From positions 1 through 29,157 of the IMG/VR virus record IMGVR_UViG_3300020045_004185: DNA of 29,157 nucleotides, one strand, 5' to 3'. A program made the translations under genes and the position numbers. The DNA comes from a virus. Lineage: Duplodnaviria; Caudoviricetes. Below the pieces are notes generated by a model. The model was not told the origin of the DNA, made no database searches, and saw nothing but the letters and a program-made list of their open reading frames with translations. Within the stretch, counting starts at the first letter, position 1. Each line of letters begins with the position of its first letter. Of the stretch, positions 1-8,468 are shown one piece after another.

Positions 1-199
1 CAGCAGGCCCAACAAAAAGAATTTTAATTTGAGGTTGGCTGATTAAAAAATCATATTGTGGTTTATGACCACAGTTAAAAATAAGGAAATAGGTGTCTTT
101 AGTGTTTAGATTGTCAGCGAGTTTGTAGCCTTCCCAAAACCAACCATTCTTGCTGTACACACTTTGGACAATAGAATTAACCGTCCCGTTGACAAACAT
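1..199 (-). CDS. hypothetical protein, partial (runs off left end)
   Basis: Read manually: ATG at 199 overlaps the upstream stop (TAATG); frame MFVNGTVNSIVQSVYSKNGWFWEGYKLAD... stays open to base 1. Confidence 0.55.
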   Translation of the reverse strand, partial: MFVNGTVNSIVQSVYSKNGWFWEGYKLADNLNTKDTYFLIFNCGHKPQYDFLISQPQIKILFVGPA

Positions 200-450
200 T
201 ACCAAACCTTCCTAATAGCAGCGGTAATTGGGCCATTCTTAGTTTCAATTACTTTTACAAGAGTGTCATTAGTGTCCTGTTCTTCAGCAACACCAGCATA
301 CAAACTAATCCCGAATTTAGTGTTTGCTTCTTGACGTGCCTTAAGTTTTCCATTCCAGGTACTACCACAACAATAGCAAACAGGGCTACCAACACGTGTA
401 GGGTACTCTCGTCCACTTTTGTTATATGGCGTGTAAAGATACATTCTCAT
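199..450 (-). CDS. hypothetical phage protein (83 aa)
   Basis: ORF track; ATGA overlap with upstream gene, GAGGA SD-like motif. Confidence 0.6.
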   Translation of the reverse strand: MRMYLYTPYNKSGREYPTRVGSPVCYCCGSTWNGKLKARQEANTKFGISLYAGVAEEQDTNDTLVKVIETKNGPITAAIRKVW

Positions 451-632
451 TCTTCAATGTCCTCATCATCGTCTTCAAGAATTGGTGTGTTCATCAAGTC
501 GGGCCGTCCCCGAACTGGAATGTTCAAATCTTCAAGACAGGTGGAACAGGTGTCCATAAACTCCTGAGTTACTGCATGTCGAAGGGTTGATTCAAAATCA
601 GACAAAGCACGGTTGCAGCAATAACACCTCAT
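447..632 (-). CDS. small Cys-rich (Zn-binding) phage protein
   Basis: MRCYCC...CSTC, acidic tail; GAGGTG SD-like motif before ATG 632. Confidence 0.65.
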   Translation of the reverse strand: MRCYCCNRALSDFESTLRHAVTQEFMDTCSTCLEDLNIPVRGRPDLMNTPILEDDDEDIEE

Positions 633-781
633 ACACACCTCAGCGTTGCATAAACTTTACGATAGTCAATCCAACCAAAAGAATAGCGAGTAGTAATAGT
701 GTGGGGATATTCTGTGGTGCAATAGGAACATGAGCTACGCCCATCTTCATGTGGGGCGCCACATGATTTACAAAAATGCAT
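629..781 (-). CDS. 50-aa zinc-ribbon protein (not in ORF track)
   Basis: MHFCKSCGAPHEDGRSSCSYC...; AGGAG upstream; overlaps both neighbours. Confidence 0.6.
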   Translation of the reverse strand: MHFCKSCGAPHEDGRSSCSYCTTEYPHTITTRYSFGWIDYRKVYATLRCV

Positions 782-901
782 CACTTACTACTCTCCTGAT
801 TAAAATACTTAGACGGAAGACATGTCAACCACATAGGATGGTGCTCATACCAAGGCAGTTTAGTATCGGGATGTGGAACAATATCAATTAGTTTAGTGAT
901 T

Positions 902-922
902 GGTGCGTTTATACGTATGTTA
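902..922 (-). repeat. terminal half-site of cassette array B (putative attI-like site)
   Basis: TAACATACGTATAAACGCACC, 20/21 identical to 11374-11394; no matching right arm found. Confidence 0.75.
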
Positions 923-931
923 TACTTTATA

Positions 932-1189
932 CTACAGCGAATCAAATTCAGCTTGGCATTTATTAAGCATATCCTTACATTCAAGCAATATTATTTTATA
1001 AATGGTTTTGCTTACATTCTCTGGTATAGTAGTAAAATACCCATCTTGTCTTGTTCCAAGCGTATTTAAAATCCCATCTCTACTTTTAAAAGAATCGCTC
1101 AAGGCATGCTCAAGCACTTTAATGTCATCCCTTAATTGTTCAATTTCTTCTCTTAGCTTATTAGCTCTTTTTAAATTTTCTGTTTTCAT
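932..1189 (-). CDS. hypothetical coiled-coil protein; cargo of cassette B
   Basis: 85-aa ORF flanked by 13/14 complementary ends (919-932 and 1209-1222). Confidence 0.75.
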   Translation of the reverse strand: MKTENLKRANKLREEIEQLRDDIKVLEHALSDSFKSRDGILNTLGTRQDGYFTTIPENVSKTIYKIILLECKDMLNKCQAEFDSL

Positions 1190-1218
1190 ATTTTAGTTTT
1201 TTATTAATGTACAAAGTA

Positions 1219-1291
1219 TAACCTCGTATAAACCAAATTACCACACGTCCTCACACACCGCCAAAGTAACTTGAGTTTATACGTATCGTTA
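1219..1291 (-). repeat. attC-like hairpin site B1
   Basis: Minus strand: TAAC-GATA-CGTATAAAC(T)CAAGTTAC...GTAATTTG-GTTTATACG-AG-GTTA, with one bulge and one G:T pair. Confidence 0.75.
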
Positions 1292-1594
1292 TTAAAACAA
1301 TCTAAGCTGTTTATCCTTGTTCTTAATAAATCCGCTACCTGATATATGCTTTTGGCAATAGAAAAATATAAACCCGCTTTCGATCTTTAAAAATATATCT
1401 CCTATTCTGTAATCGTTTCTTTCTGGTTTTTCGTTACAAAAATTACAAAACGGCTCAAACTTAACTTTTTTACCTTCTATCATATAATAGTTTTGATGGG
1501 TAAGTCTAAATGTTTGGCCTTCTTTTCCATTGATTAAATAATCATCCAGATAAGGCTCTAAAGATGTATTTACCAATGGAAGTATATTTCTCAT
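1292..1594 (-). CDS. hypothetical protein with CxxC motif
   Basis: ORF track; ATGA overlap; ends QLRLF. Confidence 0.7.
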   Translation of the reverse strand: MRNILPLVNTSLEPYLDDYLINGKEGQTFRLTHQNYYMIEGKKVKFEPFCNFCNEKPERNDYRIGDIFLKIESGFIFFYCQKHISGSGFIKNKDKQLRLF

Positions 1595-1914
1595 AACGTT
1601 TTTTTAACGGCTTCAATGAACTCCAATGTACTTCCGATCTGCTTTGTGCTTTTAATATGCCCTGTAATCATCTGTGTAAACTTAACCGGGTGTAGGTTTA
1701 TAAGTTTAGCCAGCTGGTTATACTTTACATCTTGGCTTTCTATCCACTCCCTAAATTCATTCAGTGATTGCATGCTAAATTCGTTTTTCAGTATTGTCAA
1801 TACCTGCTTCTTGTTTAGCTCTATATGGCCCGTATCTTCGATATGAATTAAAAACTCATTGCGATCCGATGCCTCAACCCGTGTTATAATATCCTGAATT
1901 TCTAAGCTGTCCAT
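1591..1914 (-). CDS. hypothetical protein, possible C-terminal HTH
   Basis: VKYNQLAKLINLHPVKFTQMITG resembles an XRE-type HTH. Confidence 0.6.
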   Translation of the reverse strand: MDSLEIQDIITRVEASDRNEFLIHIEDTGHIELNKKQVLTILKNEFSMQSLNEFREWIESQDVKYNQLAKLINLHPVKFTQMITGHIKSTKQIGSTLEFIEAVKKTL

Positions 1915-2108
1915 TATGAAAAATTTATAAAATCATTACTTTCGGTCACTGTGGGTTCTGGTTTGTCATGCTTTTTAAATACATTATCCCATTTCTCGGA
2001 CTTTTTGAACCTTACATAAAGGTAGATAAACAAGCCTATGTTTAATAAACATAGTGTTAAAATAATATTTTCCATAGCTTTAAATTTTAGTTGAGTAAAG
2101 TTAAACAA
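1914..2108 (-). CDS. small membrane protein (true start probably MENIIL)
   Basis: Single hydrophobic segment followed by a basic stretch. Confidence 0.55.
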   Translation of the reverse strand: MFNFTQLKFKAMENIILTLCLLNIGLFIYLYVRFKKSEKWDNVFKKHDKPEPTVTESNDFINFS

Positions 2109-2125
2109 TTATTTTTAATATACAA

Positions 2126-2623
2126 TTACTTTATATTAAATTTTTTACACCAATAGAGTAAATCAACCATCCGCTGGCACATTTCTGCATGAAGACATAC
2201 TCCTTTGTAAGTGTTTACACTGTTTAGTTTTTCAACTCTTTTAGTCCATATTTCGGCCAACTGCCTTAATGTGGTTGTTTTTGTTCCATACACTTTCAGT
2301 AGCCATGAAATATAATCATAGTCATATTTAACCCGCTTTTCAGTTTCGATATAGTTTTGTATTCGCTTTACTGCATTTATAACAGTTGCATGGTTTACGT
2401 TTGTAAGTTCTCCAACCTGCATAAGTGAGTATTTTTGCCTTAAAAAGAATTGTAGCATCTGTCTTTTTTCAAGTATTTCGGCTTTCCTTGTCTTGCTTAA
2501 TATGGTTGCCTTATCGGTTCCATAATATTCGCAAACTATTTTAGTTATTTTATTGTGGTCCATGTTTAATAATTTAGGTACAACGTTATTTAATAAGTTT
2601 ACTCCTCTGTTATTCGTTTCCAA
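2126..2623 (-). CDS. DnaA C-terminal-like HTH DNA-binding protein
   Basis: IVCEYYG...ILSKTRKAEILEKRQM...SLMQVGELTNVNHATVINAVKRI matches the DnaA domain IV pattern. Confidence 0.75.
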   Translation of the reverse strand: METNNRGVNLLNNVVPKLLNMDHNKITKIVCEYYGTDKATILSKTRKAEILEKRQMLQFFLRQKYSLMQVGELTNVNHATVINAVKRIQNYIETEKRVKYDYDYISWLLKVYGTKTTTLRQLAEIWTKRVEKLNSVNTYKGVCLHAEMCQRMVDLLYWCKKFNIK

Positions 2624-3003
2624 TCTGGAAAATCTATTTTAATATCAAAAACTTTAGCAAATAGCATCATTACCATTTCAACCAGTTCGCTAAATTCTTT
2701 TGTGTCTAACTGCTTTTCTTTGCCAGGAAACATATATTGCCTTAATGGGTTCCAATATATCGAATAAAGATTATCCTTTGTAAAAGGTACTTCTAATTTA
2801 GTTCCCGGAGGCTGAAAAGTTTGCCCTTGTTCTTTCAATATACTTGCAACCATTTCCAAATACAACCATCTTGCACTATTTTGGTTATTGGTCCGGGTTG
2901 CTTTCCATTGGTTAAGCTCCACCATCTTTTTATTTTCGAGCATGTGTTTTGACTGCTGGTTAAATAAATAGACTTCGTTTGGATTTTCTAAATTGTAGAT
3001 CAT
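2599..3003 (-). CDS. NinB-like recombination protein
   Basis: RTNNQNSARWLY motif and C-terminal LDTKEFSELVE...IDFP. Confidence 0.55.
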   Translation of the reverse strand: MIYNLENPNEVYLFNQQSKHMLENKKMVELNQWKATRTNNQNSARWLYLEMVASILKEQGQTFQPPGTKLEVPFTKDNLYSIYWNPLRQYMFPGKEKQLDTKEFSELVEMVMMLFAKVFDIKIDFPDWKRITEE

Positions 3004-3332
3004 CGGTGCGAATTTAAAAAGTCAACTAATTGTATTCTTTCGCTTACTACTTTTTTAATCTGTTCCCATGTTGCAAACTCATCCATTTGCTGTGGTGTGT
3101 ACCTTAAAACTGCCCAACCTAATTCAACTGCTTTGTCGTATTTTTCCATGTCGTTTAAATAACCTACTCCACGAGTATGTCGGCCCCGTGAAAATATACC
3201 TCCTTCAATCTCTATGGCTGTTTTACTTCCAACGTGTGCAAAATCGAAACGCCAACGCCTTTCACAAAATCTGAACTCAGGCTCAAAGTTATAGCCCGTT
3301 GCTTTGTTTAGTATTAAGTTTTGTAAGTTCAT
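3000..3332 (-). CDS. PD-(D/E)XK (Vsr/DUF559-like) endonuclease
   Basis: PEFRF..RRWRFDFA...AIEIEGG...GRHTRG...DMEKY..A...GW.VLR. Confidence 0.8.
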   Translation of the reverse strand: MNLQNLILNKATGYNFEPEFRFCERRWRFDFAHVGSKTAIEIEGGIFSRGRHTRGVGYLNDMEKYDKAVELGWAVLRYTPQQMDEFATWEQIKKVVSERIQLVDFLNSHR

Positions 3333-3568
3333 AAACTTATAGGTTTTAATTTGCGTTCTACTTCTTCTTTGGCATATTCATAACCCATCGTAAAAAAATA
3401 TCTTGCATCTTCATCGTTTACCTCTGGTAATTCCATGCTTTTTGCAATTTGGCTGGCCTCAATATTATAATCGCAAGTAGATACAATTTGCATTACTTCT
3501 TTTTCATCCAACTCAGGAAGCAAATCTTCCAATGGATATTCATTTTTATAAATTTCACTTTTTTTCAT
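3329..3568 (-). CDS. hypothetical protein
   Basis: ORF track; ATGA overlaps on both sides. Confidence 0.65.
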   Translation of the reverse strand: MKKSEIYKNEYPLEDLLPELDEKEVMQIVSTCDYNIEASQIAKSMELPEVNDEDARYFFTMGYEYAKEEVERKLKPISL

Positions 3569-3825
3569 AAGTTCCCTAAATGTATATCAGTTAATTGTTC
3601 CTTTGTGTAAATATTTGCATGAGCCAGGTTATGGCATTTTCTGCATAGTGCTATCAGGTTTTCAATGTTATCCTGTTTATTTTTGGTTTTGGATCCGAAC
3701 TTTGATCGTGGTATAACGTGGTGAATATCTATAGCTTTTGAACCACATCCCGGGATTTCACATATTATAAAATCTGCTATTGTATAACCAAAATAGTTTA
3801 GGTATGTTTTTACGTGTGGTGTCAT
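3565..3825 (-). CDS. HNH endonuclease
   Basis: CEIPGC...DIHHVIPRS...NLIALCRKCHNLAH. Confidence 0.85.
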   Translation of the reverse strand: MTPHVKTYLNYFGYTIADFIICEIPGCGSKAIDIHHVIPRSKFGSKTKNKQDNIENLIALCRKCHNLAHANIYTKEQLTDIHLGNL

Positions 3826-3827
3826 GA

Positions 3828-5309
3828 TTAAAATGGAATAGGTTCGTTAAATTTATCCTTTTCGTAAAAGTTTCTATTGTTTTCTGCAATAGGTTTTTGA
3901 ATTTCAACCGGTGCAAAAGGCTCTTCTATTTCTGTATAATCGAAAAACTGTGTTAAACTTTCGTTATATCTAAATAGGCAATCACCGGTCATTCCGTTTC
4001 TTTGCTTTGCAACTATCAACTTGCCAACGCCTTTTAAACTGTTACCGTTCCCATCGTTTTCTAATCCGTAATATTCAGGCCGGTGTATAAATATAACATT
4101 GTCGGCATCCTGTTCAATGGCTCCGGAATCCCTTAAATCTGAAAGTTGAGGCCTTTTATCCCCTCCCCTTTGTTCAACATTTCGGCTTAATTGGCTCAAT
4201 AATATAACAGGTATATCCAACTCTTTAGAAATGATTTTAGCGGCCCGGCTTGTTTGGCTTACATCCTGTTCACGGTTTTGTTTGTTACCTCCGGACATAT
4301 CCATTAACTGCAAATAATCAATAAAAATCATGTCGCATTTACCCAACTTTTTCATATTCCGGGAATGGGTTTTTATATAGTTGATTGAAACCATTGAATT
4401 ATCATCAATGTAAATCGGTAATTCTGATACATCATTAACGCCTTTTTCAATACCAGTCCATTCAATCGGTGCTATCTTACCACTCCTATAATTCGATGCG
4501 TTTAAATCGCCTAATTTTATAATTAATCTATCCGTTAAAGATATATCGCTCATTTCTAATGAATAGATACAAACACTTTTGCCGGACCGTGCAGCCGATA
4601 CCGAAAAATGAAGCATTAAAGCTGTTTTACCCATTGCCGGTCTTGCTGCTAATATGGTTAATTCTGAATTGTGCCAACCTTGCAACATACGATCAGAATC
4701 GAATAATCCAGTTGTTATTCCGATTGATTTTCCGGCTTTGTGGTTTATGTTCCTTTTTTCGGCCTCAACAATACAACGCTTCGCAATCTCTTTAACATGT
4801 TGGATTTTGTTTTTACCGGAAACAAGTTTGTTTATGTTTTCAAGTTCTTTGTTGCTAAAATCAATTAAGTCGGAAACATCTTCAAAATCATCAAAAGAAT
4901 CTGAGTATATTTTAGAACTGTATTTTATCAACTCCCTTTGAATGTATTTTTGATATACTATTTGGCAATGATAATCGAAGTGCGAAGTTGAGGCCACTTT
5001 ATTAACCAGCTTTGAAAGTTCAAACGGACCGCCAACCTTTTCTAAATTACCAGAATTTTTAAGTTGGTTTGATACCGTAAATAAATCAATAGGGTTGTTC
5101 TTATCGTTAAGGCTTATTATTGCCTCGTATATCAATCCGTTGGCATCTTTATAAAAGCAGTCCTTTGATAGTATCATTTCCTTATCTTTTATTAAGGATG
5201 TTTCCAACATTAATGATCCAAGAATAGACTCTTCAAATTCAATTGCCTGAGGAGGTACTTTTCCCATATCTTGTACCCGCGAAAAAGTCGCTGATGATTG
5301 GTTTGTCAT
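3828..5309 (-). CDS. dnaB: replicative DNA helicase DnaB
   Basis: PPQAIEFE N-terminus, Walker A AARPAMGKT, IDYLQL, LSQLSR, SDLRDSGAIEQDAD, AKQRNG. Confidence 0.95.
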   Translation of the reverse strand: MTNQSSATFSRVQDMGKVPPQAIEFEESILGSLMLETSLIKDKEMILSKDCFYKDANGLIYEAIISLNDKNNPIDLFTVSNQLKNSGNLEKVGGPFELSKLVNKVASTSHFDYHCQIVYQKYIQRELIKYSSKIYSDSFDDFEDVSDLIDFSNKELENINKLVSGKNKIQHVKEIAKRCIVEAEKRNINHKAGKSIGITTGLFDSDRMLQGWHNSELTILAARPAMGKTALMLHFSVSAARSGKSVCIYSLEMSDISLTDRLIIKLGDLNASNYRSGKIAPIEWTGIEKGVNDVSELPIYIDDNSMVSINYIKTHSRNMKKLGKCDMIFIDYLQLMDMSGGNKQNREQDVSQTSRAAKIISKELDIPVILLSQLSRNVEQRGGDKRPQLSDLRDSGAIEQDADNVIFIHRPEYYGLENDGNGNSLKGVGKLIVAKQRNGMTGDCLFRYNESLTQFFDYTEIEEPFAPVEIQKPIAENNRNFYEKDKFNEPIPF

Positions 5310-5940
5310 TGGTAGTATTTTTAGTGTCGTTTTTTAAATGTGGAATAGTATTTAGTAAAGTTGATTTCCAGTTTAAAATTGGTTTATTTAATCCAGTTTT
5401 CCAACCGTTTTCAATCCATGAATCGTATTTAAGTTTTAAAGCCTGTTTATTAAGTAATGGTTCTTTTTGTAAAGCATAAGATTCAAATTCAAAATAATCA
5501 GGACGGATGGGTTTTATTATTCTTTTACTTTCTTTTACTTTACTTTCCTTTACTTTAATAGTATCGTTTCGTATTTCGTTCGTATACGATGGTAATACGT
5601 TCGTATTATTCCATCTCTTACTAATTGATTCTTTGGCCTTTAAAGATTTTAATTCCATTGACATTTTAAGCCTTTCGGAATAAAAAAACTCTTTATTTTC
5701 AATAATGAATAGTGAATAGTTTAATACTACTGCCTCAACTTTTTCTTTTGATGTTCCCCACCTTCTAGCAAATGAACCGCAAACTAACAAAGGTAGTTTA
5801 TAATCTTTTTCAGCTCTTAATTTTTCAATCAATCCCCAAAATATGCCATAACCTTCCATTCCTAACTGGTCAATTAATAGCATACATTTTGGATCATCTT
5901 GGCTGTTAGCATCGTGGCTAAAATAATAAGCATCTTTCAT
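5239..5940 (-). CDS. replication initiator (DUF4373/Lin1244-like N-terminal domain)
   Basis: MKDAYYFSHDANSQDDPKC...GMEGYGIFW.LIEKL; directly upstream of DnaB; ATG 5940 preferred over the track start at 5982. Confidence 0.8.
   Translation of the reverse strand: MKDAYYFSHDANSQDDPKCMLLIDQLGMEGYGIFWGLIEKLRAEKDYKLPLLVCGSFARRWGTSKEKVEAVVLNYSLFIIENKEFFYSERLKMSMELKSLKAKESISKRWNNTNVLPSYTNEIRNDTIKVKESKVKESKRIIKPIRPDYFEFESYALQKEPLLNKQALKLKYDSWIENGWKTGLNKPILNWKSTLLNTIPHLKNDTKNTTNDKPIISDFFAGTRYGKSTSSGN
5522..5612. repeat. short tandem repeats inside initiator gene (candidate origin)
   Basis: Repeated TTTACTTT units followed by repeated TTCGTAT units. Confidence 0.4.
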
Positions 5941-5941
5941 A

Positions 5942-6577
5942 TTATTTAATTTGTTTATAGTGCCACATCCTACGCATTTCATTTATCAATTCATCAAATG
6001 AACGAATATAACCCATATCAACGGCAAACGCAAGTTTATTTTGAAGGTCAGTAAGTTCCTTTAATTGTATCTCATTTGCTTTTTGTCTTAAATCGGTATC
6101 ATGTAACCCGAAAACAATATAGTTCAATCCTTTGGCAACCTGTGCAAAATTAACATTATTAAAACGTGTTAATGCCTTTGTCAATCCCCTGTAATTATCT
6201 CCGGCATCGTGTCTAAATTGGATTAGTTGGTCATAAACAAAACGTATAACATCGTATTTAAAACGTGGATTAATCCACATTGCAAAGTCAATGAACAAAT
6301 ATGGGTGCATCCAGGTTTCTCCTGCTATTTTAGAACCGTCTTTATTTGTTTTGCATTTGGAAACTGAATAGGCAGAATCACGACTTACCTCATTATCAAG
6401 TACTTGCAAGAACTCTTTTGTTTGATTTAAATCCATAAAATGAGTAACTTTTTTTGTCATTCCAGTTGATTTATTCCATTGCATTAATAATTCTCCTGCA
6501 TTAAACATACCATCCTTAGTCCTTTGTGAAACATCGAAAGAACCCATCTTTCTTACCATCGTTACGTTTGTTTTCAT
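5942..6577 (-). CDS. KilA-N domain protein (antirepressor-like)
   Basis: QRTKDGMFNA..L...TWMHPYLFIDFAMWINPRF. Confidence 0.85.
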   Translation of the reverse strand: MKTNVTMVRKMGSFDVSQRTKDGMFNAGELLMQWNKSTGMTKKVTHFMDLNQTKEFLQVLDNEVSRDSAYSVSKCKTNKDGSKIAGETWMHPYLFIDFAMWINPRFKYDVIRFVYDQLIQFRHDAGDNYRGLTKALTRFNNVNFAQVAKGLNYIVFGLHDTDLRQKANEIQLKELTDLQNKLAFAVDMGYIRSFDELINEMRRMWHYKQIK

Positions 6578-6590
6578 GTTTTTTTAAATT

Positions 6591-6696
6591 AAAAACCCTC
6601 TATGCTTTGAAGGTGGAAGGCTTCGCAGCATAAAGGGTAAATTAATAATGTTTTAGCTATCCGCTTCCACCCGGACTTATTAGCTTTACAAAGATA
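6591..6696 (-). promoter_or_regulatory. promoter and attenuator-like leader of the KilA-N gene
   Basis: TATCTTTG -7 box (6689-6696); terminator stem 6595-6638 followed by a T-run; GGTGGAAG/CTTCCACC complementary pair. Confidence 0.55.
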
Positions 6697-6706
6697 ATAA
6701 AATTAT

Positions 6707-7051
6707 TTAATAATCTGCATTTTTAATCCAGTTTTTTAGATCATATAAAACCATTTCATAATCAACATAGATTAACTTATTGTCTTTATACGTTCCCCAT
6801 TTAGTCATCAATTTAGTTATTATAGTATCATATTTGCCTATGTAATCCATCAACTCAATTAAAGCCTCACATTGCTCGTTTATTTCGTAAACAATCATTT
6901 CGTTATCTGTATCCCATTTTTCAACAGCATACGCTTTTATCTCTGAATAATATTTAGGTAAATTTGTTTTGACTATAATAGCCGATTCATTGATTTGAGC
7001 ATTACCAAACATAGCGATACTCATTAATGCGATAAATAGTAGTTTTTTCAT
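6707..7051 (-). CDS. hypothetical exported protein
   Basis: Signal peptide MKKLLFIALMSIAMFGNA-Q typical of Bacteroidota. Confidence 0.75.
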   Translation of the reverse strand: MKKLLFIALMSIAMFGNAQINESAIIVKTNLPKYYSEIKAYAVEKWDTDNEMIVYEINEQCEALIELMDYIGKYDTIITKLMTKWGTYKDNKLIYVDYEMVLYDLKNWIKNADY

Positions 7052-7073
7052 GGTAATAATTTATTAGTTTTTT

Positions 7074-7100
7074 AAAAACCCCGGCAACAACACCGGGGTT
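7074..7100 (-). terminator. intrinsic terminator
   Basis: AACCCCGG-loop-CCGGGGTT followed by Ts on the - strand. Confidence 0.6.
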
Positions 7101-7243
7101 CACCCTCAAATTACAACACGGATGGGATCGGCTCCGCTCACCTTTAATGTTTTAGCCGGAACCATAACCGGCAATTGTTTCAAAGACAATTTTACATTTT
7201 GTTTTTACCGGAATCGAAACCGCCCGGGCCACGGCTTAATATT

Positions 7244-7534
7244 TTAAAAAGGTAATTGGTCCAATGAATCGTTATCAACCTCATTTGTAAAAGGTGTCTG
7301 GCTTTCAGAAACGGCCTTTTTTTCAAACGAATAGAGTTTTCCGCTACCTATGTACTGTTTATCCTTTTTCGCTTCTCTATCCTCTTTGGATTGCGAAATA
7401 TAAACGGTGTGGGTATTACCGTAATTGTCCGGTGCTTTCCTTTCATCAACTATCAAAGTGATGTAGCTTCCTTTTTTTCCTATAAAGATCTGATCTTTTG
7501 GAATCTCGCTTAGATTAATGTTAATTGCTATCAT
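7244..7534 (-). CDS. putative single-stranded DNA-binding protein
   Basis: GKKGSY, DNYGNTH and YIGSGK motifs; acidic C-terminus ending DQLPF. Confidence 0.65.
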   Translation of the reverse strand: MIAININLSEIPKDQIFIGKKGSYITLIVDERKAPDNYGNTHTVYISQSKEDREAKKDKQYIGSGKLYSFEKKAVSESQTPFTNEVDNDSLDQLPF

Positions 7535-7535
7535 A

Positions 7536-7670
7536 TTAAGTTAAAATTAGGTGACGATTAAATAATTGTTCAAGTTCTTTTCCTTGTTTGTTATACCACT
7601 CTTCGGCCTCTTTTCGTGTTTTGAATATCCCGGAATAAGGCTCTAATATACCTCTTTTATTTTTACTTCT
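7536..7670 (-). pseudogene. 5'-truncated orphan reading frame
   Basis: Open frame RSKNKRGILEPYSGIFKTRKEAEEWYNKQGKELEQLFNRHLILT* with no ATG; overlaps the end of 7643-7984. Confidence 0.35.
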
Positions 7671-7984
7671 CTAATCCGCAAACATTCCACATCATCGCCC
7701 TTTAATTTGGTAACTGCTGCATAAATAGTAATTGATTTACCGGCCCAATCTTCAATAAATGGACTTTCGTATATCTTGGCAATAGTCCTACAATTGGTTC
7801 GGTTTAAAATCAATGGTTTATTTCCTTCGATGTGTGCAACTGTGCATTCTTCAGATTTACCGTTTTGCCCTTTTACGATTTCACGAACTACTTGTTTGAT
7901 TTTTATGGTAATATCTTTACCGTCAGGCAGTGAATAAGCCCCTAAATAGTCAGGGTTTACGAGTTGTTTCCAGTGTGTTTTCAT
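7643..7984 (-). CDS. conserved phage protein, putative recombination/ssDNA-annealing factor
   Basis: THWK...PDYLGAYSL, KPLILNRTN, IEDWAGK.I.IY, CLRIR motifs; lies next to the SSB-like gene. Confidence 0.6.
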   Translation of the reverse strand: MKTHWKQLVNPDYLGAYSLPDGKDITIKIKQVVREIVKGQNGKSEECTVAHIEGNKPLILNRTNCRTIAKIYESPFIEDWAGKSITIYAAVTKLKGDDVECLRIREVKIKEVY

Positions 7985-7988
7985 AATT

Positions 7989-8207
7989 CTAATTTGTTAG
8001 TGTTTTTAAATAACGTTGTTTCAGCCTATCGATACACATCCTATAAATAATAAGGTCGTGTTCATATTTCTGTTTCAAATCAGGATGCCAGTTTTGTAAA
8101 GCATGGATGCTTTCTGCTCTGCTTTTAAACAGTGTTTCAAACGTTGCAATTGCCTCAACAATCTCAATACATGTTTGATGCTTTTCAATTAGTTTTTTAG
8201 TGTCCAT
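7989..8207 (-). CDS. hypothetical protein
   Basis: ORF track; operon spacing. Confidence 0.65.
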   Translation of the reverse strand: MDTKKLIEKHQTCIEIVEAIATFETLFKSRAESIHALQNWHPDLKQKYEHDLIIYRMCIDRLKQRYLKTLTN

Positions 8208-8210
8208 AGG

Positions 8211-8399
8211 TTACCTCGTTTCTTCTAAATATTCACTGTAATAATCATCATCAAAGTTTCCATAGTTCGCTTCGGCTCCGCAATCTGTGCAGAAAAAATC
8301 ATCGTCTAAAATACCGCCACATTCCTGGCATAATTTAGGTTCGTCTTGTTCATAAGGTGCTGTTGGCATAATGTTTAGTTTTAAAGTTTGATAGACCAA
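8211..8399 (-). CDS. small acidic zinc-ribbon protein (start probably MPTAPY)
   Basis: CQECG...CTDCG. Confidence 0.6.
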   Translation of the reverse strand: MVYQTLKLNIMPTAPYEQDEPKLCQECGGILDDDFFCTDCGAEANYGNFDDDYYSEYLEETR

Positions 8400-8427
8400 A
8401 ATTAAACATTATTTTTTAATTAGCAAA
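8396..8427 (-). promoter_or_regulatory. leftward Bacteroidota-type promoter
   Basis: TTTG...TAATTTTG on the - strand at the head of the early operon. Confidence 0.5.
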
Positions 8428-8468
8428 CTTTTTATGCAATTTATATTCATTATAAATAACAATATTTA

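Noticed and set aside
781-984. 67-aa ORF as an intact gene
   Set aside because: It overlaps cassette B and crosses the terminal site; only the 3' part looks like a gene remnant.
1288-1598. ORF 1292-1594 as an additional cassette (GTTATGAGAA vs GTTATTAAAA)
   Set aside because: Only an 8/10 AT-rich match, no upstream hairpin, and the GTTATGA is explained by an ordinary stop/start overlap.
7208-7221. tRNA T-loop-like GGTTTCGATTCCGG on the - strand
   Set aside because: No acceptor, D or anticodon stems can be built around it.
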